Shown: positions 9,201-18,498 of the stretch, one piece after another
Numbering within the stretch: the first letter of the stretch is position 1
How the letters are laid out: every line of letters begins with the position of its first letter
Sequence record: NZ_CP035507.1
Source: a plasmid
Strand: one strand, 5' to 3'
DNA: 64,000 bases
Notes under the pieces: generated by a model
What the model was told of the DNA's origin: nothing
The model's input: only the letters and a program-made list of their open reading frames with translations
The model's database searches: none
Program-made: the position numbers and the translations under genes

Positions 9201-11225
9201 GGCGGCTTTGACGTCATCGTCGGAAACCCGCCCTGGGCCAAGCCCTCGTGGAACGAGGGGCTGGTGTTGGCGGATATCGACCCGCTTCATGCGGGGCTGT
9301 CGGCGTCGGACGCGAAGAAGGTCCTGCCCGAGGCGCTGCCTAAGGCCCCGCCCGTGCGGCGCGAGGGGAGGACGGTTCCGGCCGTCGAGGCGTTCCTACA
9401 GGATTTCGTGTCGACTCGGGGGGCGATGGAGGTAACTTCGTCCGAGGTGATGAACCCCTTTGCCGGGGGCGGGTCGAACAACCTCTATCGCTGCTTCATC
9501 GACCTGTCGTTCCGGTTGGTCGCGCAGCAGGGTTATGCGGCGCTGATCCATCAGGACGGGCATCTGGGCGACCCGAAGTCGGGGGTGTTCCGGCGGCACT
9601 GGTATGCGCGGATCGCGAAGCATTTCGAATTCATCAACCGGATGAAATCGCGGAACTTCATGGAGGTTGATCACAACGTCAGATTCAGCCTGAACATCTA
9701 TCGCGGCGAGCAGCGCGCGCCAGATTTCGAGAAATTCACTTACGCCTTCACAGCCGCACAGGTCGAAGATTCGTATGCGGATCAGGACGGGATCGGCCCG
9801 GTCCCCAGTATCAAGAATTCAGAAGGGAACTGGGACACCCGCGGCCATCGTGACCGCGTGATGCGGATCGACCGCGATGCGCTGGCGGTGATCCATGCCC
9901 TTTCTGAAGATGAGACGGTCGCGGTTGAAGAGGCCCGGTTCATTCAGCCTTATTCGGCCCGAACCCTGGACGTCTTCCGCCAGATGGCGCGGTTTCCAAA
10001 ACTCGACGCCGCGATCCCACGGATCGAGCGTTCGGTGAGCGCGGGTGCTGGAGAGCGGATAATTGAAATTCCGTTGTGGCAACAGTCGCCCCACTGGCAT
10101 GAAACGGCTGCCCAAAAAGACGGGACAATCCGGCGTGAGACTGGCTTCCGAGCAGCGGATCAGATGATACTTCAGGGACCGCTGTTTCACGTCGGGAACC
10201 CGATTTACAAGACGCCCAAGGCGATCTCACGGACAAATGCGGATTACCTCGTTGTCGACCTGACCACCGCGCCTGAAGACTATCTGCCGCGCACGAATTA
10301 CGGTCCGGCGCTGGAGATGAAAGATTACCGGAGCCGGATGACCCAGTGCCGCTGGGACCCGACGAAAGGCCACGCCGATTTCTATCGCGTGGCGTTTCGG
10401 AACATGATTGCTCTAAACGGAGAGCGCAGCTTGATCGGTGCGATGATCCCGCCGGGCGCGGCGCACATACACAAGGTTGAAAGCATCGCTTGTGCGGACG
10501 TTTCAGTTTCTCTCGCAATACACTCGTTCGCTTGTTCGATCCCGTTCGACTATTTGGTCAAGGCAAACGGACGCGGTGATCTTTTTGCCTCTGATATAGG
10601 CCGATGGCCGTTTCCAGAACTGGAGGATACCGCCAGGCACCGCTCCCTGCGACTCGCCTGTATCACCTCGGCCTACGCCGACCTCTGGAACTGCCACGCT
10701 ACCACACTTGATGTCCTCCCGTGGTCCTCCCCTGACCCCCGACTCCACCTCGAAGGTCCGGTCGAAGGCCCGGTCACTTGGGACCGAACCGCAGGCCTCC
10801 GGACCGAATTCGCCCGCCGCATGGCGCTTGTCGAGATTGACGTGCTGGTCGCGCAGGCGCTCGGCCTGACCCTCGACCAGTTGATCGAGATCTATCGGAT
10901 CTACTTCCCGGTCCTTCAGGAGAACGAGGCGGGCACCTGGTATGACCAGAAGGGCCGGATCGTCTGGACCTGCTCCAAGGGCCTGCCCGGCGTCGGCTGG
11001 CTCGACGACCGCGGCAAAAGCCCCGGCCGCGCCGCCTGGGAGCGTATCCTCGCCGACAACCCGACGGAACTGACCTGCACCGCCATCGACGACACGATGC
11101 CCGGCGGCCCCCGCACCGTCACCCGCCACTTCGTCGGCCCCTTCACCCGGTGCGACCGGATCGAGGACTACCGCCGCGCCTGGGCCCATTTCGAGCGGCT
11201 GAAATCCGAAGAGGCCGCTGAATGA
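6273..11225 (+). CDS. Very large N6-adenine DNA methyltransferase (gamma-class; DrmMI/PglX-like), 1650 aa
   Basis: Motif I ILEPAMGSAAFLVE (~nt 8050), motif IV VIVGNPPWAKP (~nt 9225), acidic low-complexity insert (EDGEEAEATEPEEDGEEDLFGEEEAEQED, ~nt 7690-7790); ATG 6273 lies 4 nt after the SNF2 stop. Confidence 0.75.
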   Translation: MDLIGIENEAEFFPSGTLSDVLKEELQDITARWAGLDRAAHPVERLARVAGPTVEALRQVRNSSDRSRRAELVRDAHHDVLTALGYVWRREGAYTALDGAPVIPLVSRAADTSGRDALWVIEAPIPAPEDEASDPLGTCFTEEQLPPDQREAALTDRTIESVLAEGVFELSDGPRHVLVLGLSQIVLIDKRKWPARSVLRFDLQEIFARADRDTLTVMACLISREARVPDQGAPISDRLEEEAQRNANAVTTSLKRTVRDAIELLGQEVIAVTGGKYPSSFPDPARRGVWIDGPELSRECLRYMYRLLFLFYAEANPRLNLLDMRNPIYATGYSLEALRELESVPLRTTADREGTFLWESLQRTLDLLYTGLDLADEERGSGLRLPAVKVSLLDPESTPLLNGLRLRNEAVQQVIRLLSLRSTGKSTGRISYAKLGIGQLGAVYETLISFTGVVAKTDLIELKPRKGRSNDAAEDGEEAEATEPEEDGEEDLFGEEEAEQEDAFRRDKVDKLAPSWFVPRSRINEFAPEEIVFNGSEALVYEKGTFIYRLAGRDREKSASYYTPEPLARLLVKHALMERCRDLTADQLLDLKILEPAMGSAAFLVETTNQLADLYLERKQKATGRTIPQEDIVLEKQRVRAYIADRNCFGVDLNPIAVELGAISLWLNSLHGSEFSPWFGDQLHAGNSLIGARRAAYAPALLSAKAQGDLWFNGKPDEIGWRKRLPDGHVWQWLLPAKDMANFDKDKSIAPFAKSAQDQIKAWRKDGFFKKLEPHEIKLVQKLSRVAEALFEQVAEDLAKTRAAANDEITLWPNKVMPGNKRLDFHEKARLNAHLTGADHATNTLPYKRLKTAMDAWCALWLWPLDKADLLPGRAEFLQGMAMILEGGFTADGSLAAPSVSEFADPAPDFLDLLEPDAPARDLFKAAAKRQDGLFRETNVEALIENFDWLKTAVEVAERERFVHFDLIFADVMKARGGFDVIVGNPPWAKPSWNEGLVLADIDPLHAGLSASDAKKVLPEALPKAPPVRREGRTVPAVEAFLQDFVSTRGAMEVTSSEVMNPFAGGGSNNLYRCFIDLSFRLVAQQGYAALIHQDGHLGDPKSGVFRRHWYARIAKHFEFINRMKSRNFMEVDHNVRFSLNIYRGEQRAPDFEKFTYAFTAAQVEDSYADQDGIGPVPSIKNSEGNWDTRGHRDRVMRIDRDALAVIHALSEDETVAVEEARFIQPYSARTLDVFRQMARFPKLDAAIPRIERSVSAGAGERIIEIPLWQQSPHWHETAAQKDGTIRRETGFRAADQMILQGPLFHVGNPIYKTPKAISRTNADYLVVDLTTAPEDYLPRTNYGPALEMKDYRSRMTQCRWDPTKGHADFYRVAFRNMIALNGERSLIGAMIPPGAAHIHKVESIACADVSVSLAIHSFACSIPFDYLVKANGRGDLFASDIGRWPFPELEDTARHRSLRLACITSAYADLWNCHATTLDVLPWSSPDPRLHLEGPVEGPVTWDRTAGLRTEFARRMALVEIDVLVAQALGLTLDQLIEIYRIYFPVLQENEAGTWYDQKGRIVWTCSKGLPGVGWLDDRGKSPGRAAWERILADNPTELTCTAIDDTMPGGPRTVTRHFVGPFTRCDRIEDYRRAWAHFERLKSEEAAE

Positions 11226-12070
11226 CGGGGCGGCAGGGCGAACTTCCCTTCGAGGAAGGGATCGACGCGATCCTGCGCGATACGGCGGACCGGATCGACG
11301 AGCTTTACCGCGCCGCCAGCGAACCAGGCGCCCGCCCGCCGTGGGTGGACCTGTTCGACAGGATCGCGGGTCAAACCCACATGGCCCCGTTCAACCTGAT
11401 GCTGGCCGACCTCCAGCGCCCGGGCGCGCGCTACATTGCGTTCCCCGACAAATGGCGGGAGATTGGACGGACGGTGAAACCGGCTTCGATCCCGATCGTC
11501 GTCCTGTGGCCGTTCTGCCCGGTGCGCTGCGCCTATGAACTGGCGGATACAACCGGGGACCCGGTCGACGACGCCCTTCTGGACAAGGTCTTCGGCGAGC
11601 CCGTCGAGGTTCGGGATGGCCTCATCGACCGTGTAGCGCGCCGCGCCCTGAAGGAGGACCGGATCGACGTGAAATCGGTGAGCCTCGCCTCTACCCTTGC
11701 CGGTGATGCCCGCGCGGTTCCGGTGGATCCGACGGCCAAGGGTAAACCCATAGGACCGGGCTGGGTCGTCCGGGTCAACTCGAACCTCAATACGAACGCG
11801 CAATTCACAACGCTCGTCCACGAACTGGGCCATGTCTACCTCGGCCATCTGGGCGGGAACGGGAAGAAGTGGCCGGATCGGCGGCCCCCTCAATTGGATG
11901 TACGGGAGTTCGAAGCAGAGGCGGTGACATACATCGTCTGCAAGCGATTTGGCTTGCAGTCGAACTCGGCTGAATATCTGAATGGTTATTTGAAAGAGAA
12001 AACCATTGAATTTGTAAGTCATTCTGCGATCGCACGGGCTGCGGGAAGGATTGAACAACATGCCCGTTAG
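11222..12070 (+). CDS. ImmA/IrrE-family (DUF955-like) HExxH zinc metallopeptidase
   Basis: TLVHELGHVYLGHLGG motif (~nt 11818-11850); ATGA overlap with the methyltransferase stop. Confidence 0.6.
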   Translation: MTGRQGELPFEEGIDAILRDTADRIDELYRAASEPGARPPWVDLFDRIAGQTHMAPFNLMLADLQRPGARYIAFPDKWREIGRTVKPASIPIVVLWPFCPVRCAYELADTTGDPVDDALLDKVFGEPVEVRDGLIDRVARRALKEDRIDVKSVSLASTLAGDARAVPVDPTAKGKPIGPGWVVRVNSNLNTNAQFTTLVHELGHVYLGHLGGNGKKWPDRRPPQLDVREFEAEAVTYIVCKRFGLQSNSAEYLNGYLKEKTIEFVSHSAIARAAGRIEQHAR

Positions 12071-12096
12071 TGCAGGTTTGGCGGAGTGATGACAGT

Positions 12097-15000
12097 ATGA
12101 ACCCGATCCTCCTCGCCCGTCATGTGCAGGACAGCCTGCGCGAACTGGTCCACACGACGCTGAACAGCACCAGCCCCGCCTTTGAGGGAATGGTGGACCG
12201 GTTCATCACCGAGCCCGCGAACTTCCTGAAGGGGCCGTGGATCTCGGTCGACATGCCGTTCCGGCAGATCGACGGGGCGAAGGAGGGGACGTGGGCGCAG
12301 CCCTTCCCGGAGGTTCCGCTGAAATTCGCGCCCTACCAGCACCAGACGGACGCCTTTGCCCGGCTGAGCGGGACGGCGATGCGCTCGACCCTGGTCGCGA
12401 CCGGGACCGGGTCGGGGAAAACTGAATCCTACCTGTGGCCGATCCTGGACCACTGTCGGCGGAACAAGGGGAAGCCCGGGATCAAGGCGATCCTGATCTA
12501 CCCGATGAACGCGCTGGCGACGGACCAGGCGCGCCGCATTGCGGATGCGCTGACCCGGATCCCGTCGCTGAACGGGGTGCGGGCCGGGATCTATGCGGAC
12601 GCGGAGCCGCAGAACCCGGCGCATGAGGTGACCGAGGACAGCGTGATCACGCATCGCGAGACGATGCGGAAGAACCCGCCGGACATCCTGCTCACGAACT
12701 ACAAGATGTTGGATTACCTGCTTCTACGCGGCCGGGACAAGCCGCTCTGGGCGCAGAACGACCCGGAAACGCTCCGGTTTCTGGTGGTCGACGAGATGCA
12801 CACCTTCGACGGGGCGCAGGGGGCGGACCTGGCCCTGCTGCTGCGCCGCCTGAAGTACCGGCTGAACACCCCGGAAGGACACCTGATCTGCGTGGGGTCG
12901 TCGGCAACGCTTGGCTCCGGGGAAGAGGCGGCGACGGACTTGCGCCAATACGCCGAGACAATCTTCGGCGAGCCGTTCGACGCGGGCGCGGTGGTCCGGG
13001 AGACCCGGAAATCCCCCAACGAGGTGTTCGGCGACGCGGAGTATCTGGACCGGCCGGATCCCGCCGATATCCACGGCGCCTTGAGAGCGGCGACGGAAAT
13101 GGACCAGCCGGGTGCCGCGCGACGGCTCGCTGTCTGTCTGTTCCCGGATCGGACCGACCCCGACCTCGCCTTTCTGGACACAGGTGATCCAGCGGACCCG
13201 GCTTGGCGGATCGCACTCGGGGACCGGCTTGTCCAGCATCACCTGTGTCAGCGGACCCTGAAGATCATCGCCGAGCACAAGGGACCCGCTTCGCTTGAGG
13301 CGATTGCGGCTGGGCTGGGACAAGTCCGGGTCCTTCGTGACTGGCCCGAGGCAGACCTGACTGCGCTCGCCGAGCTGGTCGTAGGGCTGGTCGCCTGGGC
13401 CCGGTCCGGGTCGGCTGAGAGCCCGCGCCCTCTATTCAACGTCAGGCTCCAGCTCTGGATCCGGGAGATGGCCCGGATGGTGACAACCCTGCCGCGACTC
13501 GAGGCGGGCGGGGTCCGTTCACAGATCGACCTTTTCCATGAAATGGACCTGGAAAGGGACCAGCTTTGCCGGGCCCTTCCGGTCGTGAACTGCAACCGGT
13601 GCGGGGCGACCGCGCATCTCGGACGGCAGGACGCCCGGTCGAAGTCGCTACATGCGGACCTGGAGCAGCTCTACCAGGAGTTCTTCGACGAGAACGGGGC
13701 GGACCGGATCCGGCTCATCTATCACGAGTCGATCGACCGGATGGTCCCGGCCAGCGGCGCCGGTGGTCAGATCGTGAAGGGGGTCCTGAACGCGGAAACG
13801 GTCGAGTTCACCCCGGCCGATCACAAGGATCTCGGCCCGGGACCGGCCTCACAGGTCTGGTTGTACAACCCGACCGACGCGAACGGACGGATCGACCGGA
13901 CCTGCCCTGCCTGCGGGCAGGCGCGCGGGCTTCTCCTCTTCGGGATGCGGGCGGCGCGTTTGACGACCGGCATCACCGGTACCCTTTACACCTCCGAACA
14001 GAACGAAGAGAGCCCCGAGGCAAAACCGCGCTTCCTGATGTTCTCGGATTCGGTTCAGGACGCGGCGCACCGGGCGGCGGTGGCCGAAACCCGGAACGCA
14101 CTGTCGGTCTACCAGAAGGCACTCTACGGGGCGCTTCGGTCCGCGGAAACGGGCGCGATGAGCCTGAAAGAGGTGATCGAGGACGTCCCGCGCGCCCAGT
14201 TGAACGACCTCGGCCCGGACGGGTTCACAGCGCTGTTCATCCCGAAGGAGTTGACCTGGCGGCGGCGCTACCGGGAGCTGGTCGAAAGCGGGGCCACCAT
14301 CACCGACCCGGTGTTTCTCGACCATATCCGGATCCGGCTCGGCTGGGAGTATTTCGTCGACCTGAGCTACAGGGCGCATTTCAACCACACGCTTGAATTG
14401 AACGGCATGGCGGCGGCGGATGTGCCCACGGATCTGCTGCGCCTGTCCGCGGAGCGGCTGGCACGGGAGCTGCGAAACGATCTGCCGGGCGCGCCGGAGT
14501 TCGACCCGGCCCTTCTGACCCGGCTCCTCGCCGGGGTGACGCAGCGGATGCGGCGGCAGGGGTCCGTGGCGCACCCCTATCTCGAGAGCGCGATCGCGAA
14601 CGGGAAAGGGAACTACGGGCTGAACTGGTACGCGGCCGCCATCCAGGTGGGCGTGGGGAAGACCGGTTCCCTGCCAAGCCCGGACAGCCGGCGGGGCCTC
14701 GCGCCGATCCCGGTGACCCTCGGCGCCGCCCCGACCGGGTTTGAGAAGATCACCCGGACCGGCCCCGCGAGCTGGTACCGGGACTGGCTGTTCCGGCTGA
14801 TCGGACCGTCCGACCTGCGCTACGGCGCGGACCCTGACGCGATCTATCCGCTCCTCCTGCGCCGACTTGAGGCCGACGACATCGTCCGACGCGTGAACGG
14901 GCCCGAGGGGCAGAACCGGCATGCCTGGCTTCTCGTGCCGGAACGGGTCACCGTCTCCACCGCGACGATCGGGCTGTGCTGCGACTTGTGCGGTCGGCGC

Positions 15001-18000
15001 GAGACCGGGCTTTCGGAAAACGCAGGTGTCCTGATCGGCTCCCCCTGTACGCGGATCGGTTGTGACGGGCACCTAGCAGCGGTTGAGCAGGCTGACCGGC
15101 CCGCCCTGCGCCGCGCCCTTCGCTCGGACCGAAACCACCGGGTGGTGGCGCGAGAACATACCGGCATCCTCGAAACGGATGAGCGGCTGCGGATCGAGAC
15201 CGGGTTCATCAAGAGCGAAACCCGCTGGGCCCCGAACCTGATCTCGGCCACTCCGACCCTGGAGATGGGGATCGATATCGGGGACCTGTCCACCCTGCTT
15301 CTGAGCTCGGTCCCCCCGGAGGAGGCGAATTACGTCCAGCGGATGGGGCGGAGCGGGCGGCGCGACGGGAACGCGCTGAACATTGTGCTGGCGAATGCGC
15401 GTGCCCATGACCTCCAGTTCTGGGAAGACCCAACCCCGATGCTGGCAGGCCAGGTCCGGCCGCCGGGCGTGTTCCTCGCGGCCGAAGAGGTGCTGCTTCG
15501 TCAGGTGACCGCCTATACCCTCGACGCCTATGTCGCGGCCACGAAGGAGAGCGGGGATTACGGGAAGGTCCGGGACGTGCTGAAACGCCGGGCCTCCGGC
15601 GCGACCGAAGGGTTCCCGGTTGAGTGGCTTGAACTGGTTCGCGAAACCGGGCCGGAACTGGCAGACCGGTTCCTGTCTGGCCTGCCGCAAGAGGTGCAGG
15701 ACCGGACGGATCTGGCCGACCGGATCCGATCTTACCTGACCGGAACGGACCCGAAATCGATCGGCTGGCGCGTCGGGGAGGCCTTCGACGGAGCTGCCAC
15801 CGAACGGGCCCGGCTGGTGGAAAAGCGCGAGGAAGCGACCAAGGAACTTGGTCGGCTCAAGAAGCGCCGGGCCGAGCTGACCGATGAAGAATATGAGCGT
15901 CGTGAACAGGACCTGACCCGGGACCGGACCGAGATCAACCGTCTGATCCGAAGCGGGATCGACGATGTGCCGGTGATCAAGTTTCTGACCGACAAGGGAA
16001 TCTTGCCGAACTACGCCTTCCCCGAAGAAGGGGTGAAGCTGACGTCGATCCTGTCGCGGCGCAACGATGGCGCGACAGCACGGGACGAGGACGGGCTTCT
16101 GCACGTCGAATACTCCCGGCCCGCCAGCTCCGCCCTGTCGGAATTCGCGCCGGGCCAGTTCTTCTACGCCAACGGGCGCCAGGTGCAGATCGACCGGATC
16201 GAGATCGGCAAGGAAGATTTGGCCCGCTGGACCTTTTGCCCAGCCTGTTCGCATGTCGCGCACCGGATTGAGGGCGCCGAGACCCGCACCTGCCCGCAAT
16301 GCGGGGACGAGATGTGGTCGGATAGCGGCTCCGCGCATGACGTGGTCCAGCTCAAGTCTGTCATCGCGATCGACAGCGAGGAAAAGGCGGCGATCCGGGA
16401 CGGGGATCAGCGGGACCAGCGTCAGTTCGACCGGGTTCTCATGCCCTTCCATGGACCGGAAGACATCGCCGCCTCCTGGTTCACCAGCCGGGAGAACGGT
16501 GCCCCGTTCGGGTTTGAATTCCTGCCCAGTTGCACGTTCCGCGACTTCAACTTCGGGACGAAGTCCACCCTCCCCGGGCCGCGGATCGCGGGCGAGCGTC
16601 GGCCCGCACAGCCGTTCCGGATCTGTCGCCACTGCGGGTCCCTTCAGGGTCCCCCACGCGGCGAGGACGATCGCGGAACGCACCCGCCGAACTGTCTTGT
16701 CATGCGGGATGAGGACCTGCTTCGCGAGCAGTGGGAAACCGGCGTGTTCCTGATGCGAAAGTTCGACACGGAGGCGATCCGGATCGTGATCCCGGTGGTC
16801 GGGGACGCGGATGATGATGACCTGAAAAGCTTCGTCGCGGCGATCAACCTCGGGATGCGGCGTCACTTCGCGGGGAAGGTCGACCATATCCGGTCCACCA
16901 TCTTCCAGGCGCAGCTGAACGGAATGACCACGGTTCGCAGCCTTTACCTCTACGATTCCGTGCCGGGCGGATCAGGCTATCTGCGTCAGATCGCGGAACA
17001 TCCGAACACGATGCGCGAGGTTGTCAGCCGCGCGGCGGAGGCGCTCCGGGACTGCCCCTGCAACCAGGAGCCGGACCGGAACGGGTGCTTCCGCTGTGTG
17101 AAGCCCTACCGGTCACAGTTCGGGCCCGGCGAGCCAGATCGGGACCGGGCGCGGCAGATGATGGAGGCGATCCTCGAGAAATGGGACAGCCTGACCCAGA
17201 CCGAGACCGGGATCGACGCGTCAATTCGGGGCGCGCTGGTCGAGAGCGTGCTGGAGAAGCGGTTGCTGCGCGCCCTTTCCGGCTTCTATGGAGACGGGGC
17301 GCTGACGCCGCAGGTGCTGCCGGGTGGACGGCGTGGGTTCGTCCTGCGCGCGGGTCGGCCGGACGCGCCGCGCCTCTGGACGATCGAGCCGCAGGTGCAG
17401 ATTGACGCGCGGTTCCGGGGCCTGCCCCGCAAGCGTGTCGACTTCCTGCTCACCCCGGTTGGCCGCAGCAGCGGCCTGCCGATCGTCATCGAAATGGACG
17501 GGATCGAGTATCACGCGGGTACGGTCGCCCAGGACCTGTTGGACCGGATGTTGATGATCAGGTCCGGGCAGGTGCGGGTCTGGACCCTGTCCTGGCGCGA
17601 TCTTGACCCGGAGGACAAGGGCTACCTGAACCCGCTCTCTGAAACCGCCCTCGGGGCGCAGATGACCGGGCCCCTTGGGCGTGCGCTGGCGCATCCGCTG
17701 CTCGCCCCACATGCAGAGGCGGTCCGGACGCTTCAGACAATCAGCACGCTCGATGCACTGAGGCGCCTTCTGGACGGGGATGCGGACGGGGATGCGGTGA
17801 TCCGGTCCGTCCTGATCCGGGGCCTCGTGAAGGGCGGTCGCCCCATCGACCAGCTTCCCCGGCAGGCGGCCCTTTCAGAGGCGGGGCGCCTGTTTCTCTC
17901 CGGTACACAGGCGGTGGAACAGGTCGGGGTCGGGGCGCTCGATCTCTATCTGGCCTGTGAGAAGATCTCGCCCACCGAATGGGCCCAATCGGTTCGCGAC

Positions 18001-18498
18001 CTTCGTCTTCTCCTGCGTTCGGTCCTGCCCGATCCGGGCGAGGTTCCGGCCGCGAAAACCCTCTACACGGAGGCCTGGCGCGGGCTCTGGCGGATCGTGA
18101 ACCTGTTCCAGGGCGTGCGTGGTCTTCATGTCGAGTTCGACGGGCTGGACACGTTGGCCCCACCCGATATGGTGGAACCCGTCGACCAGGGGGACCAGGG
18201 CCCCGGCTTGGCCGCTTGGGAAGAGGTGCGGGCGCTGTGCGACGACGCGTTCCACCCGTTGATTGACGCGTTGATCGCGGCCGAGGCGCCCGGGCCGGAC
18301 CACTTCGGGGACGATCTGGTTGCGGGCGGACGCGTGGTGGGCGCTATGGAATTCGGATGGTCGGATACCCGCGTCGCGGTTGCCGAAACATCCCTTGAGG
18401 GGGTCGGCTGGGCGCTGATCCCGTTTGATCCGGAAACCGATCAGATGGGGGAGACGGTCTCGCGAATTATCACGGCCCTTCAGGAGGCACGGACATGA
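12097..18498 (+). CDS. Giant DExH helicase / DUF1998-like Zn module / DUF559(Vsr-like) nuclease fusion protein (DrmA+DrmB-like), ~2133 aa
   Basis: Motif I ATGTGSGKT (~12415), DEMH, SAT, helicase-C LEMGIDIGDL...QRMGRSGRRDG (~15250-15370), CPACS...CPQCG Zn ribbon (~16240-16310), CPCNQEPDRNGCFRC (~17055-17100), DUF559-like VDFLL...IVIEMDGIEYHAG (~17440-17520). An alternative GTG start at 12070 overlaps the preceding stop. Confidence 0.75.
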   Translation: MNPILLARHVQDSLRELVHTTLNSTSPAFEGMVDRFITEPANFLKGPWISVDMPFRQIDGAKEGTWAQPFPEVPLKFAPYQHQTDAFARLSGTAMRSTLVATGTGSGKTESYLWPILDHCRRNKGKPGIKAILIYPMNALATDQARRIADALTRIPSLNGVRAGIYADAEPQNPAHEVTEDSVITHRETMRKNPPDILLTNYKMLDYLLLRGRDKPLWAQNDPETLRFLVVDEMHTFDGAQGADLALLLRRLKYRLNTPEGHLICVGSSATLGSGEEAATDLRQYAETIFGEPFDAGAVVRETRKSPNEVFGDAEYLDRPDPADIHGALRAATEMDQPGAARRLAVCLFPDRTDPDLAFLDTGDPADPAWRIALGDRLVQHHLCQRTLKIIAEHKGPASLEAIAAGLGQVRVLRDWPEADLTALAELVVGLVAWARSGSAESPRPLFNVRLQLWIREMARMVTTLPRLEAGGVRSQIDLFHEMDLERDQLCRALPVVNCNRCGATAHLGRQDARSKSLHADLEQLYQEFFDENGADRIRLIYHESIDRMVPASGAGGQIVKGVLNAETVEFTPADHKDLGPGPASQVWLYNPTDANGRIDRTCPACGQARGLLLFGMRAARLTTGITGTLYTSEQNEESPEAKPRFLMFSDSVQDAAHRAAVAETRNALSVYQKALYGALRSAETGAMSLKEVIEDVPRAQLNDLGPDGFTALFIPKELTWRRRYRELVESGATITDPVFLDHIRIRLGWEYFVDLSYRAHFNHTLELNGMAAADVPTDLLRLSAERLARELRNDLPGAPEFDPALLTRLLAGVTQRMRRQGSVAHPYLESAIANGKGNYGLNWYAAAIQVGVGKTGSLPSPDSRRGLAPIPVTLGAAPTGFEKITRTGPASWYRDWLFRLIGPSDLRYGADPDAIYPLLLRRLEADDIVRRVNGPEGQNRHAWLLVPERVTVSTATIGLCCDLCGRRETGLSENAGVLIGSPCTRIGCDGHLAAVEQADRPALRRALRSDRNHRVVAREHTGILETDERLRIETGFIKSETRWAPNLISATPTLEMGIDIGDLSTLLLSSVPPEEANYVQRMGRSGRRDGNALNIVLANARAHDLQFWEDPTPMLAGQVRPPGVFLAAEEVLLRQVTAYTLDAYVAATKESGDYGKVRDVLKRRASGATEGFPVEWLELVRETGPELADRFLSGLPQEVQDRTDLADRIRSYLTGTDPKSIGWRVGEAFDGAATERARLVEKREEATKELGRLKKRRAELTDEEYERREQDLTRDRTEINRLIRSGIDDVPVIKFLTDKGILPNYAFPEEGVKLTSILSRRNDGATARDEDGLLHVEYSRPASSALSEFAPGQFFYANGRQVQIDRIEIGKEDLARWTFCPACSHVAHRIEGAETRTCPQCGDEMWSDSGSAHDVVQLKSVIAIDSEEKAAIRDGDQRDQRQFDRVLMPFHGPEDIAASWFTSRENGAPFGFEFLPSCTFRDFNFGTKSTLPGPRIAGERRPAQPFRICRHCGSLQGPPRGEDDRGTHPPNCLVMRDEDLLREQWETGVFLMRKFDTEAIRIVIPVVGDADDDDLKSFVAAINLGMRRHFAGKVDHIRSTIFQAQLNGMTTVRSLYLYDSVPGGSGYLRQIAEHPNTMREVVSRAAEALRDCPCNQEPDRNGCFRCVKPYRSQFGPGEPDRDRARQMMEAILEKWDSLTQTETGIDASIRGALVESVLEKRLLRALSGFYGDGALTPQVLPGGRRGFVLRAGRPDAPRLWTIEPQVQIDARFRGLPRKRVDFLLTPVGRSSGLPIVIEMDGIEYHAGTVAQDLLDRMLMIRSGQVRVWTLSWRDLDPEDKGYLNPLSETALGAQMTGPLGRALAHPLLAPHAEAVRTLQTISTLDALRRLLDGDADGDAVIRSVLIRGLVKGGRPIDQLPRQAALSEAGRLFLSGTQAVEQVGVGALDLYLACEKISPTEWAQSVRDLRLLLRSVLPDPGEVPAAKTLYTEAWRGLWRIVNLFQGVRGLHVEFDGLDTLAPPDMVEPVDQGDQGPGLAAWEEVRALCDDAFHPLIDALIAAEAPGPDHFGDDLVAGGRVVGAMEFGWSDTRVAVAETSLEGVGWALIPFDPETDQMGETVSRIITALQEART

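Noticed and set aside
13849-16887. 407-aa and 604-aa minus-strand ORFs inside the giant helicase gene
   Set aside because: Antisense to a motif-rich CDS; Arg/Pro/Gly-rich translations typical of GC-rich antisense frames.
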